Source: Microcystaceae cyanobacterium (GTDB lineage Bacteria; Cyanobacteriota; Cyanobacteriia; Cyanobacteriales; Microcystaceae). Taken from it: 64,000 nt of DNA. Of the stretch, positions 29,415 through 39,287 are shown piece by piece. The stretch is taken from NCBI GenBank assembly GCA_041746575.1, contig JBGTGT010000123.1, forward strand, positions 64,001 to 128,000. Direction: 5' to 3'. The notes under the pieces are model-generated. The model worked only from the letters and a program-made list of their open reading frames with translations, searched no databases and had not been told where the DNA came from. The number at the start of each line of letters is the position of its first letter. The first letter of the stretch is position 1. The position numbers were made by a program, and so were the translations under genes.

Positions 29415-32123
29415 TTATTTTAGGAGTTCTTTCTCGATAAATGCCTTATTTTCAGGTGTTTCTGATTGCTTTAGGTATTCAAGAGCCATGCGTCCAATTT
29501 GTTCATCGTCTCGATAGGCTTCTAATAAAGCGTCTAAGGTGAGATGAAATTGAAGCTGATCTCGTTGCTTGTTGGTAATGAGCAGTAAGATGGTCGTCCC
29601 CCCTAAAAGAGCGATTAAAGAAGGCATAACAGGCAACCACCACCCCTCTATAAAGGCAAGGTAGCATCCCCCCACCAGTCCCCCACTGATCCCTAAAGAA
29701 ACGATGAGAATCGCTTTAAGCGATTTAAATCGCCAACTGATGCTAGCACCGACGGCGGCCATCACTAAAATCCACAACCCTTCCCAGAAATCGGGCAAAA
29801 CCCGCAGTAAGGGTCGCCCATCTAAGGCAGCACTGAGCAGTTGGCTGGCAATATTAGCCTGAATAACGATTCCCGGCATCATTGCAGGGGAATTCAAGAA
29901 CGGACTGCTATAAGGGGTATAGAACAAGTCATTGATGCTTTCGGCGGTTGTTCCGATTAAAACTAAGCGATCGCGGAAATCATCGGGAGAAATGGGGTTA
30001 TTCAGAATTTCTCTTAAGGAAAAAGTTCTAAAATTAGGTTCTGTTCCTCGAAAATTAAGCAAAATCTGGTAACCGCCTGACTGGGTGCGTACATATCCCC
30101 CATCGTTCCCAGTGAACCGCTCAAAGTCGGCTTTTCCCAGACGCACCCGTTGTCCCTGTTGATCGAGAGATTCAAGCGTAATATTATGGACTTCAAGATA
30201 ATGCAAGGCTAACTTTACGGCAAAACTGTAGCGAATCTCGTCATCCGCGAGAATCATCGACAATAAGGCACGACGAACTTTTCCATCTCCATCGACCACT
30301 AGATCGGCAAAACCAATTTGTTGACGTTGATTAAGGTAGGGAGAAGGGGCAATTGTCATACCGATCGCTTTTTCGATGCCGAATAGATAGGGGGTCGATT
30401 GAAACAGTTGAACTAAATCACGATGACCGGGTTCGACGGGTAAATCTCGATAAAGATCGAGTCCAATGGCTTGAGGTTGGGCGGCTTTAATCCGGCTCAG
30501 GGCTTGAGCTAAGATACGGTCGGGGATCGGCCACTGTCCAACTTGAGCCAAGTCTGTCTCATCGATGGTTACAATTACAACTCGTTCGTCAGGGGGTTCT
30601 AGCGGTCGCCAACGTAGGAATCGATCAAATCCGTGCCATTCTAAGCCCTGTAGCAGTCCACTGAAGCGCAGGAGGAGAAGGGGGATAGTTACCCCTAGGG
30701 CTGTAAGGGGAATCCATTTGCACTCGGTTCTTCGTTTCAGAATGGTTTGTTTGGCGATCGCTCTAGCGGATGCTAGTAAGTGACTAGCTTGTTCGGTAAC
30801 ATCTAAGAGGTGCTGGGTTTGTTGTTTGGCGACATCTTGACTGGCTACTAAAAATTGATAATCTTCTTCGCTGAGGCATTTTCCTAATCCCCACGTTAAG
30901 GCTTTTTGCAATTCTACCCCTTGTAACAAATAGAGAGTATCCTGACGTTCAGACGCAGACCAAGCGGCGATCGCACTGGCATACGGTCGCAATTGCTCTA
31001 ATTGTTGTTCTAGCCAATTTTGGTCAAAAACCGCTTCATAAATGGGATTATGAATTTTGAGGTGTCCTTGCTTTTCGACCACTAACCCTGACATTCGTAA
31101 TTCCATCTGTTCAGCACTGCCGTCAGCAGGAATTTCGCCTTGTTGCCATATTTTTTGATAAAGTCCTAGTAATTGAACGGCTTTTTCTTCGTTTTTAAGA
31201 ATTCTGTCTCGGATCGTTTTTAAATGTTGGGGTTCGTCTTGAACAACCCAGTTTTTGACAATCTGATTGCGTACTATTTGTTCAATGGTGGGAAGTGTCG
31301 TAATGGGTGAAGTGGCATCAAAGAGAAGGGATTGGGATTTGACGACTAAATGACAGAGTTTTTGGGTAAGAAAGGGCTGTCCTCCTGTCCAGTCTAGAAT
31401 TTCTCGGATCACGGCTTCAGGATACTCTATCGTCCCTTTTAATCCTTCCATTAAGGGTTGGACTTCGGCAAAAGAAAAGCCAGATAGTTGAATAGCCTGA
31501 CCAATATTAAAGGGGGTTTGTTTTTTATCACGAATTAAGTCAGAGGGAGAGGCAACTCCTAACAGGGCAAAGGTCAAACGTTTGTAATCGGAATGGGTAT
31601 TCCGTCTCTCGTAACAATAGCGAATTAGTCTAAACAGGTCATCAAGGGAAAAGGATTGACTGAGAACATAATCAATTTCATCAATAAAAATAGCGATATT
31701 CTGCTTGATTTCAACTAAGAGAATTTCTTCGATAAATAAACTTAAACATTGTACGGGTGAAAACATTTCCCGCTGTTTCTTCCACCAGGTTCGCCATTCA
31801 AATTTCGAGATGAGTTGACCGCCATTGACTAGGGTATAAAAAATGCCAGCATACCACGTTTCGGGGGTTACATTCTGACTGCCGAGGCACGTTAGGTCAA
31901 TACAAACACAAATGATCCCTTCTGCTTCTAATCGCTTCATCGTTCGCACTCGCAAGCTGGATTTGCCCATTTGCCGCGAGTTGAGGACATAACAAAACTG
32001 CCCGATTTTTAAGGCTTGATAAAAGGCTACGTCTGCCTGTCGTTTTACATAGCTAGGCGCATCACTGTCGAGACTTCCGCCGACTTGATACACATAAGTT
32101 GATGGCATTGCTGTCATGGACAA
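29415..32123 (-). CDS. AAA_35 (STAND-like) ATPase fused to a CHASE2 sensor with TM helices
   Basis: YQVGGSL, Walker A NSRQMGKSS, Walker B IFIDEID, WTGGQPFLTQ; CHASE2 VIVTIDE..GQWP...IGLDLYRD...D.DG.VRR; three C-terminal TMs. Confidence 0.9.
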   Translation of the reverse strand: MSMTAMPSTYVYQVGGSLDSDAPSYVKRQADVAFYQALKIGQFCYVLNSRQMGKSSLRVRTMKRLEAEGIICVCIDLTCLGSQNVTPETWYAGIFYTLVNGGQLISKFEWRTWWKKQREMFSPVQCLSLFIEEILLVEIKQNIAIFIDEIDYVLSQSFSLDDLFRLIRYCYERRNTHSDYKRLTFALLGVASPSDLIRDKKQTPFNIGQAIQLSGFSFAEVQPLMEGLKGTIEYPEAVIREILDWTGGQPFLTQKLCHLVVKSQSLLFDATSPITTLPTIEQIVRNQIVKNWVVQDEPQHLKTIRDRILKNEEKAVQLLGLYQKIWQQGEIPADGSAEQMELRMSGLVVEKQGHLKIHNPIYEAVFDQNWLEQQLEQLRPYASAIAAWSASERQDTLYLLQGVELQKALTWGLGKCLSEEDYQFLVASQDVAKQQTQHLLDVTEQASHLLASARAIAKQTILKRRTECKWIPLTALGVTIPLLLLRFSGLLQGLEWHGFDRFLRWRPLEPPDERVVIVTIDETDLAQVGQWPIPDRILAQALSRIKAAQPQAIGLDLYRDLPVEPGHRDLVQLFQSTPYLFGIEKAIGMTIAPSPYLNQRQQIGFADLVVDGDGKVRRALLSMILADDEIRYSFAVKLALHYLEVHNITLESLDQQGQRVRLGKADFERFTGNDGGYVRTQSGGYQILLNFRGTEPNFRTFSLREILNNPISPDDFRDRLVLIGTTAESINDLFYTPYSSPFLNSPAMMPGIVIQANIASQLLSAALDGRPLLRVLPDFWEGLWILVMAAVGASISWRFKSLKAILIVSLGISGGLVGGCYLAFIEGWWLPVMPSLIALLGGTTILLLITNKQRDQLQFHLTLDALLEAYRDDEQIGRMALEYLKQSETPENKAFIEKELLK

Positions 32124-32197
32124 CGTTTTTTGATGTCAGTCTCTACGATTCCACTCTCCATTATTTATTAAGTTTAATAGCTTGTCAAGTTTCGGAG

Positions 32198-32267
32198 AGT
32201 TTGACGGTTTAAAACGGCATAAATGACATTCAACTTTTATTCTATTAGGTTAAGTTTGACGGTTTAA
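32198..32267. promoter_or_regulatory. 15-bp perfect direct repeat, candidate operator
   Basis: AGTTTGACGGTTTAA at 32198-32212 and 32253-32267, upstream of the AAA-CHASE2 gene. Confidence 0.5.
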
Positions 32268-32347
32268 TTACAGTTTTCTGTTAATGAGTTGTGTTTTTCT
32301 AGAGTAATGTAGCGAGCTTAAAATAAGGGATAAGAAGACGGTTTTTG

Positions 32348-35017
32348 CTAATGAATAGCCCCTCTGAATAAAATAACAGTGCCTTGAATATTTTGGGCGA
32401 TCGCATTAGGAATATTGCCTTGAATAACCTGAGAGAGTAATCCTTCCCGACTGACACCTAAAATCACGAGGTTACACTCCTCTGTTTCGGCAAAACGAAT
32501 AAGGGCATCGGCAACGGAATTGGCCCGAATGGGTAGGGGAATAATCGTAGAATTAATTTGTTTTTTAAGATTTTGGGCAGTTTGAGTCAAGTTTTCTGTA
32601 TTCATTACTGGCTCAGTTGGGGAAAATACCTTACACAGCCACAGTTTTAAGTTACTAGGGGTCGACGATAAGCGACTAAGGGCGGGCAGTAAAGCGATCG
32701 CTCGTTCTACATTCGGCCCACCGGACATCGGAATCAGCCACGATTCTTCAGTTTCTAAGGATGTGGGGAAAGATCCCTGTTTTTCTCCAAGTTTAATGAG
32801 CATTAATTCACAGGGTGCTTTGTGAATAAGGGTATCGACGACATCCCCAAAAATAGCATCTTGGGTGGTGATTTGTCCTTTCCAACCCATCATTAGGAGG
32901 GTACTGTGGCGATGTTGCAGGGTTTCAAGGATGGTGGTGGCGACGTTGTGGCCAACTCGGATTTCGGTATGAATGGAAATTTTATGATGACGACCTATTC
33001 TTTCCATTTTGTGCATCAACTTACGGGCTTCTCTGGTATCTACTCTGGTTTGCGCCGTTGGGCTATGGCTGGGGATTTCGATAACTTGCAGACAGTCAAT
33101 TTCATAGTTTTCGGATTGGGCGATCACTAGTGCAATCTTGAGTAAGACGGAGGCATTGCTCGGATTGACGATAGGCAATAAGATTCTACCTTGACCTTGA
33201 GCGGGGGAGCGAGTTTGATAGACAATATAGGAAGGATCGGCTTTTTGGGGGTTACCCTTGCCGCCGAGTTGGTTCGCTTCTACCCGAATAATGTCGGTTC
33301 GGGTAATAATACCGACTAATCTTTGGGATTCGGTGACGGGAAGTCGGGATAATTCGTAATGATTGAGCAAATATAGAACATCACTTAAGGAGTCGCTGGA
33401 TTTTACGGTAATGGGATGGTTTACCATGACATCTTTGAGTAACGTATGATCGCTCGGAGTGTGGAGGGATAATTTGCGGAGATCCCCTTGGGTAAATATG
33501 CCGACCAATTTGCCGTTGTCGAGAACCGGAAACCCACGATGGTGGGAGACAGACATAAATTGAATGGCTTCTTCGAGGGTTGTCTCGCTGTTGAGGGTTT
33601 CAACTTGAGATTGCATGACATCGGCAGCAGTTAGGGTGGCTAAAAAGTCGTTATAAGGGTTATCTTCGGTTAGTTGAATACCGCTATTTTTGAGCAAGTG
33701 TTCATACAATGAACCTTTAGAGAAACTGTCAGCCACAATATAAGCGATCGCACAACTGATCATGAGGGGTAAAACAATCTCAAAGTCAGCGTTCAATTCA
33801 AAGACAATGACGATGGCAGTAACAGGCACTCTCACTGTAGCCGTAAAAAATGCGCCCATTCCCGCTAAAGCAAAGGTAGAAGCTGAATTTACACCGGTTA
33901 GAAAGGCTTCTAAATCCCCCACCAGATAACCTAAGGCTGAACCCATCACTAAGGCGGGAGCAAAGATTCCCCCTGGCGCACTTGAACCATAGGCTAGGAT
34001 AGTAAGGAAAAACTGGGCAGTGAAAGCGAGGGCAATAGATTGGGGGCTGAGGTTACCCCGAACTAAAATATCTCGTAAGCCGGCATTATCTTGAAAGAAT
34101 GGTGGTAAAAAGGCCACCACTAAGCCTGATAATAATCCCGTTAGGCCAATGCGCCAATGGAGGGCTAAATTAAGACGACGATGGTATTGAAACGACCATA
34201 AAATGCCTTTATTAAATAACGCTCCTAATATTCCAGCTAATATTCCCAAAAAAAGGTAAAAAGGAATATCTGATGCCGTAAAGTGAGTACTGAGGCGTTC
34301 TATCATGTCTTGGGACATCTGGTCATTGTCCGATTGGGTGAGGAGTAAAGATACCACCGCCCCAGTAAAAGAGGCAACGATCGCTGTTTCAAGGGTTAAA
34401 CCCGAAATATCCCGCATTAACTCTTCAACGACGAATAAAACCCCCGCGATAGGGGTGGTAAAACCGGCCGCTAATCCTGCCGCCGCTCCTGCCGCAATCA
34501 TTTGACGACGATGTTCGGGGGAAGTGGGTAACCAGCTACTCAGTTGTGCCGCTAAAGCCGCCCCAATATGAACCGTAGGCGCACGTCGTCCGAGAGTGAT
34601 TCCACCCCCTAAAATAAGAATTGTCCCGATCATCTTAGCAATCGCAACTCTGAGGGATAAGGGTACAATAAAACGGGCTAAAGCGGCTTTAACTTGGGGA
34701 ATTCCACCCCCTGCCGCTACAGGAGATATCAGTTGCAATAACCATCCCGCTAATCCTCCTAAGCTGAAACCCACTAAGGGAAGAACCAACCAAGGAGGGT
34801 ATTGATGGGCTAAGTGAATACGCCATCCCCCTAACCACCCGATGCCTTCTTTGAGAACTAAAGCGGCTATCGCTGATAAAATTCCGATCAAACTGGCTTC
34901 AATTAAAGCGTAGCGAGTATCAAGGGCATTGCGTCCCAAATGACGGTTTTTTAGCCATGTTTTAAGCGATTGAGGGAGCATTATAGGTTGTAGGAAGTTT
35001 AATTGAGCGAGGCACAA
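32348..35017 (-). CDS. CLC chloride channel/antiporter with CBS pair and USP-like domains
   Basis: GGGIP, LGRRAP, GGIFAP motifs; CBS (GFPVL..GIFT); C-terminal USP-like domains. Start may be the ATG at 34981. Confidence 0.9.
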   Translation of the reverse strand: MCLAQLNFLQPIMLPQSLKTWLKNRHLGRNALDTRYALIEASLIGILSAIAALVLKEGIGWLGGWRIHLAHQYPPWLVLPLVGFSLGGLAGWLLQLISPVAAGGGIPQVKAALARFIVPLSLRVAIAKMIGTILILGGGITLGRRAPTVHIGAALAAQLSSWLPTSPEHRRQMIAAGAAAGLAAGFTTPIAGVLFVVEELMRDISGLTLETAIVASFTGAVVSLLLTQSDNDQMSQDMIERLSTHFTASDIPFYLFLGILAGILGALFNKGILWSFQYHRRLNLALHWRIGLTGLLSGLVVAFLPPFFQDNAGLRDILVRGNLSPQSIALAFTAQFFLTILAYGSSAPGGIFAPALVMGSALGYLVGDLEAFLTGVNSASTFALAGMGAFFTATVRVPVTAIVIVFELNADFEIVLPLMISCAIAYIVADSFSKGSLYEHLLKNSGIQLTEDNPYNDFLATLTAADVMQSQVETLNSETTLEEAIQFMSVSHHRGFPVLDNGKLVGIFTQGDLRKLSLHTPSDHTLLKDVMVNHPITVKSSDSLSDVLYLLNHYELSRLPVTESQRLVGIITRTDIIRVEANQLGGKGNPQKADPSYIVYQTRSPAQGQGRILLPIVNPSNASVLLKIALVIAQSENYEIDCLQVIEIPSHSPTAQTRVDTREARKLMHKMERIGRHHKISIHTEIRVGHNVATTILETLQHRHSTLLMMGWKGQITTQDAIFGDVVDTLIHKAPCELMLIKLGEKQGSFPTSLETEESWLIPMSGGPNVERAIALLPALSRLSSTPSNLKLWLCKVFSPTEPVMNTENLTQTAQNLKKQINSTIIPLPIRANSVADALIRFAETEECNLVILGVSREGLLSQVIQGNIPNAIAQNIQGTVILFRGAIH

Positions 35018-35124
35018 AGGCTTTATCTTGACTTACCTATTTCGCTGTTGCACTATGTCCTGAAAGAATAATTACTGAGATTCTAATGATAAAATCAGTT
35101 GAGTAACATCTTATTTTAACGATC

Positions 35125-35865
35125 ATGTCCGATTTTCCCACCAGTTTAGAAGAAACGATTGAACAAGCCAAAGGTGCGACCCAAACGGCCTTAGATGCAG
35201 GGGTCAAATTATTACAAATTGAATTCGTTATTCCTGAAATTGCCCTACAAGCTCAATCTTTGGCTTCAAGGTTTATCCCTCTTCTAGAATCTTATGGTTC
35301 TGGGCTTAAGGTACTCTTTCCCGATACGGGGGCGGCGGCGTTAGCGCGTCGAGATTGGGGAGAAACGGCTTTTAAGGTGACGGATTTGGGCAGTCGGAAT
35401 ACGCCCATTGATTATCGCGTTGGAGAGGATGATACCGCGTTTTTGGTGGTTTGTCCGTCTTCGGTGGAGGTGGGTTTAGTTGAACGTTTGCACCAAATAG
35501 CCAATGGTCGCCCAATTATTCTCTTAGTTCCTCAATTAGAAGATGTATCGGTGGTAGGAATTGGATATGCGGCACGACAGTTACGGGAACGATTTATTTC
35601 GCAAATTGAGACGGCTTATTATTTTCGGGCATTAGAGGGGGCGGCCGTTATTCGCTCTTATCCTGATTTGTGGCAAGTTTGGCTGGAAAGAGCAGAAAAT
35701 TACGAGTTAATCGCAGAAGAACCCACAAAACCGATGGGAGAAGCCTTGGAAACGATTCTTAATAAAGCGTCAGGCAATTTATCTGAGACGGCAGAGCGTC
35801 CGAAACCGAAGAAAACAGGATTCTTGGGCAATGTAGGACGATTTTTGAAGGCGTTGAGTCAATGA
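35125..35865 (+). CDS. DUF1995 family protein
   Basis: FPDTGAAALARRDWG, VGIGYAARQLRERF, YP..WQVW. Confidence 0.8.
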   Translation: MSDFPTSLEETIEQAKGATQTALDAGVKLLQIEFVIPEIALQAQSLASRFIPLLESYGSGLKVLFPDTGAAALARRDWGETAFKVTDLGSRNTPIDYRVGEDDTAFLVVCPSSVEVGLVERLHQIANGRPIILLVPQLEDVSVVGIGYAARQLRERFISQIETAYYFRALEGAAVIRSYPDLWQVWLERAENYELIAEEPTKPMGEALETILNKASGNLSETAERPKPKKTGFLGNVGRFLKALSQ

Positions 35866-36013
35866 TCGGGGTGTGTCGGTTTGCGCCCCAAGAGATTATG
35901 ATTATTTAAGTAAAGAGTATAAGGTCAATTATAGTCAGTATCAAGATGTATCGGATGAATTTGTAAGCTTGATTAAGCTCAAATATTCATTGCATACATA
36001 TACATAGGGTCAT

Positions 36014-36896
36014 GGGTCATGTTTCAGAAGTGTGGATCGCCTTAAATTGCTACTCCAAACTCGTACCGATTAATAAATAGTCCGATGACAATATCGTGCA
36101 TTTCCTCTGACTTTGAATAACAGATAGTTTTTCTTTGTAATCTTTTAATTCTTGTCCTTAATCCTAAATGTTTTCTCTCTATTGTTTGTGTTTTGCTCTT
36201 GCTCACTTCATGTTTTTCGGCTGGAAGATTTCTTGAATAAGCTCCCCAGCCATCGGTGCAATATTTTTGAATTCCAAAGGGGTCAAGTAGTTTCTTCAAT
36301 TCCAAAAAGACTTCATCTTTTCTACTTCCAAATACATAAGCCAAAACTTTTCCCGTTCCTCGATCGATTTTTCTTGCCGCCCACAAAGCTCCACACTTCA
36401 TCAACTTCTGATTCTTTTACTCCGAAGCTGCAAACTGGCTCATCCCAAGCAGTCTCTTCCTCCACTTTATAGATTTCTATCTCTGTCTCTTCTGGATTTA
36501 AGTTGTTCAATGCCTTTTCATTGACTGATTTTAGATGCGGCTTTTTCTTCTTCAATTCATTGATAACTGTTGTCGGGCTTACCTTTAAAACTCTGGCTAT
36601 ATCTCGGATTCCACTGCCGCTCAAACTCATCTCAATCATTTGTTCTTTCTTATCTCTAATTCTTTCTTGATAAGTATAATTTAAAATGAAAGTGCAGCGA
36701 ACACAATCACTATTGTTGCACCGATAACGTTGTTTTCTTTGAGGAGATATTCCATGTTTCGAGATCTTATTGGACAGGCAATCGGGACAACAAATAGCAG
36801 ACCAAACCGTCATAAACTTACTCTAAAAAACTCAGCTTACTTGATTACTCGCTTATTTTCAACTAATAGAGCTTCCACCTTTCTGAAACATGACCC
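36014..36896 (-). mobile_element. IS1-family element with a damaged transposase
   Basis: 23-bp TIRs matching at 21/23 (GGGTCATGTTTCAGAAGTGTGGA / TCCACCTTTCTGAAACATGACCC); InsA zinc ribbon plus HTH; InsB motifs DEVWSFVG, TDGW, IER.H..LR. Confidence 0.92.
36042..36813 (-). pseudogene. IS1 transposase (InsA-InsB) with an internal frameshifting deletion
   Basis: Frame 1 reads ...DEVWSFVGGKKN; frame 2 resumes at IDRGTGKVLAYVFG. The usual intervening W-L-W-x-A segment is missing. Confidence 0.8.
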
Positions 36897-36907
36897 GTCA
36901 ATCAAAG

Positions 36908-37756
36908 TTAATGATGAGTAAAATATCGCTCCAGAAAATCTAAAGCATGATTCCTTAAATCGTAATATTCTTGGGTTTCACGCATAGCATGGCGATCGCG
37001 GGGATGGGGAAAGGGAACGGTTAAAATTTCACCAATTGTCGCATTCGGGCCATTGGTCATTAAAACAATGCGATCAGCCATATAAATAGCTTCATCCACA
37101 TCATGGGTAATCATCATTACCGCTTGACGATGGGCTTCCCAAATCTTCAAAACTTCCTGTTGTAATTTCTGTTTAGTTAAAGCATCTAAAGCTCCAAAAG
37201 GTTCATCCATTAATAACATTTTTGGACGAGTTGCCAAGGCCCTAGCAATGCCAACCCGTTGTTTCATTCCTCCAGAAATTTCATCGGGATATTTATCGGC
37301 AGCGGCGGTTAAATTGACCATGGCAATATGTTCATTAACAATACTTATTTTTTCAACTCGATTGGCTTTTTTACAAACTTCATCAACCGCTAAACGAATA
37401 TTTTCTCGCACGGTTAACCAGGGCAAAAGGGAATAATTCTGAAAAACCATCATGCGTTCTGCTCCAGGTTTACGAATTAATTTTCCTTCTAAATAAACTG
37501 TCCCTGATGTGGCTTTCTCTAGGCCTGCGATAATTTTTAACAGGGTAGATTTACCGCAGCCAGAGTGACCAATAACGGCAATATATTCCTTTGGGCCAAT
37601 GGTCAAATTGACATTCTCTAAAATAGTGGAAGCGGTTCCATCTGCTTTAGGATAGGATTTAACGAGGTTTTCAACAACGAGGAAATCATCATTCATGGCT
37701 GTTAGGTGGGGATTAGATAAGGCTTGAGATTGAGTCATGGTTATTTTTCCTAGCAT
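36908..37756 (-). CDS. Nitrate/bicarbonate/cyanate-family ABC transporter ATPase (NrtD-like)
   Basis: GHSGCGKS, VFQNYSLLPWLTV, SGGMKQR, MDEPFGALD. Confidence 0.9.
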   Translation of the reverse strand: MLGKITMTQSQALSNPHLTAMNDDFLVVENLVKSYPKADGTASTILENVNLTIGPKEYIAVIGHSGCGKSTLLKIIAGLEKATSGTVYLEGKLIRKPGAERMMVFQNYSLLPWLTVRENIRLAVDEVCKKANRVEKISIVNEHIAMVNLTAAADKYPDEISGGMKQRVGIARALATRPKMLLMDEPFGALDALTKQKLQQEVLKIWEAHRQAVMMITHDVDEAIYMADRIVLMTNGPNATIGEILTVPFPHPRDRHAMRETQEYYDLRNHALDFLERYFTHH

Positions 37757-39147
37757 TAGGATAGATAAAAAGATTTTGGAGCATTAGCGCGAATTTCAAA
37801 ACTCTTGAGATAACCGACTAAATCACTAGGGTCAAAAAATTTGTTATCAATAAAAACTTTTCCTGGGGCAACATAATAATCTTCCGTTGGACAATCAATT
37901 CCCATTTCTCCTGCAATTTCTCGGTATAAATCCGTTCTCCAAGCCTCTTTGGCGATCGCCTCAGCATTGTTGGGAATCTCAGGAATTTGTTGCCAACGGG
38001 CAGCCTGGGTCATTAACCATAAACTTTCCGATTGCCAAAGAAAGGTTGAATGATCATTGGTTGCTTTAGCCACATCGGGCGGCATATCAAAAAATAGAGT
38101 CGTTTCAATGCTATCTACTAATCGTTTTTGATCATCAAAACCGCCATAATTATAATTACCAACTATGCCAGGTTCAGTTAATTTAGGCTTAACCCCTATA
38201 AAGGAACGTTGGGAAATAATTTGAGCCACTTCAGGACGATTCTCCGGTTTACTGCAATATTGACAGGCTTCAATCATGGCTTTGACTAAAGAACGATAGG
38301 TTTTAGGATTTTCCGTAATAAACGATTCCATCACCGCCAAAAGGCGATCGGGATGGCCATTCCAAATTTGTCGTCCTTGGACAAAGGTAAAACCAACTCC
38401 TTCATTGCCTGTAATTGCCCTAGTATTCCAGGGTTCAGCCACCATATAGGCCTGAGTTGAACCAATTCTCATGTTATTAACCATTTGGGGGGGCGGAATA
38501 ATTAATAGGCGAAATTCTTCGATAGGATTGATGCCCATTGCCGAAACTAAATAACGGACAAAATATTCATAAATTGAAGAACTTAGTACCACTGCCCAAA
38601 CACGATTTTGCATCGGTGTTTGGTTAAAGTAAGCCCTTAAATCTTTACCAAAACGTTCCAAATCGCCGTTATATTCTTGCCAAGGTCGTAGGCCAAAATT
38701 CCACATTGGTTTATTCATAGTCATCGCATTACCGTGACGGTGAATGGTCATGGCACCACACAGGGGAGCGACCCTAGCCCCTTCAGCTCCTGTTCGAGCA
38801 TTGGTAATTGCCCCTGACACCACAGGGGAAGCATCTAAACGCCCAAAAATCAAACCATCACGGGAATTTGCCCAACTAGATTCTCGACTAAGTTTGACGT
38901 TTAAACCATATTTACGAAACAATCCTTTTTCCCAGGCAACGGCAAAGGGAGCACAATCATTGACTGGCACATAGCCGATGGTTAAATTGGGTTTTTCTAA
39001 GGTTTTAGGATCGATAATTGGTTCAACAGCCAGGGCCGCTTCTGTTAATTGGCTAGGGTTGCGATTGCTATTAATAGCACAGGAAGACAAAGCGGTAATG
39101 GCCGAAGTAGCCCCTAAGCCTGTAAGAAAATTACGCCGAGAAAACAT
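37756..39147 (-). CDS. CmpA/NrtA-family substrate-binding protein, Tat lipoprotein
   Basis: SRRNFL Tat motif, LSSC lipobox, GYVPVNDCAP, IPPPQMV, VAEPWN. Confidence 0.88.
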   Translation of the reverse strand: MFSRRNFLTGLGATSAITALSSCAINSNRNPSQLTEAALAVEPIIDPKTLEKPNLTIGYVPVNDCAPFAVAWEKGLFRKYGLNVKLSRESSWANSRDGLIFGRLDASPVVSGAITNARTGAEGARVAPLCGAMTIHRHGNAMTMNKPMWNFGLRPWQEYNGDLERFGKDLRAYFNQTPMQNRVWAVVLSSSIYEYFVRYLVSAMGINPIEEFRLLIIPPPQMVNNMRIGSTQAYMVAEPWNTRAITGNEGVGFTFVQGRQIWNGHPDRLLAVMESFITENPKTYRSLVKAMIEACQYCSKPENRPEVAQIISQRSFIGVKPKLTEPGIVGNYNYGGFDDQKRLVDSIETTLFFDMPPDVAKATNDHSTFLWQSESLWLMTQAARWQQIPEIPNNAEAIAKEAWRTDLYREIAGEMGIDCPTEDYYVAPGKVFIDNKFFDPSDLVGYLKSFEIRANAPKSFYLS

Positions 39148-39287
39148 GATAGTGAATCGCCAATAATAAATAATTAATAGATTTATATGCTAGTGCAATA
39201 TCTATTGTGATAATAATTTTGCACTTAAAACAAGCCGTAATGGTAACTAGAAGGGCAGTAGAAATATTTATTGGGTATGCTAAAAAA

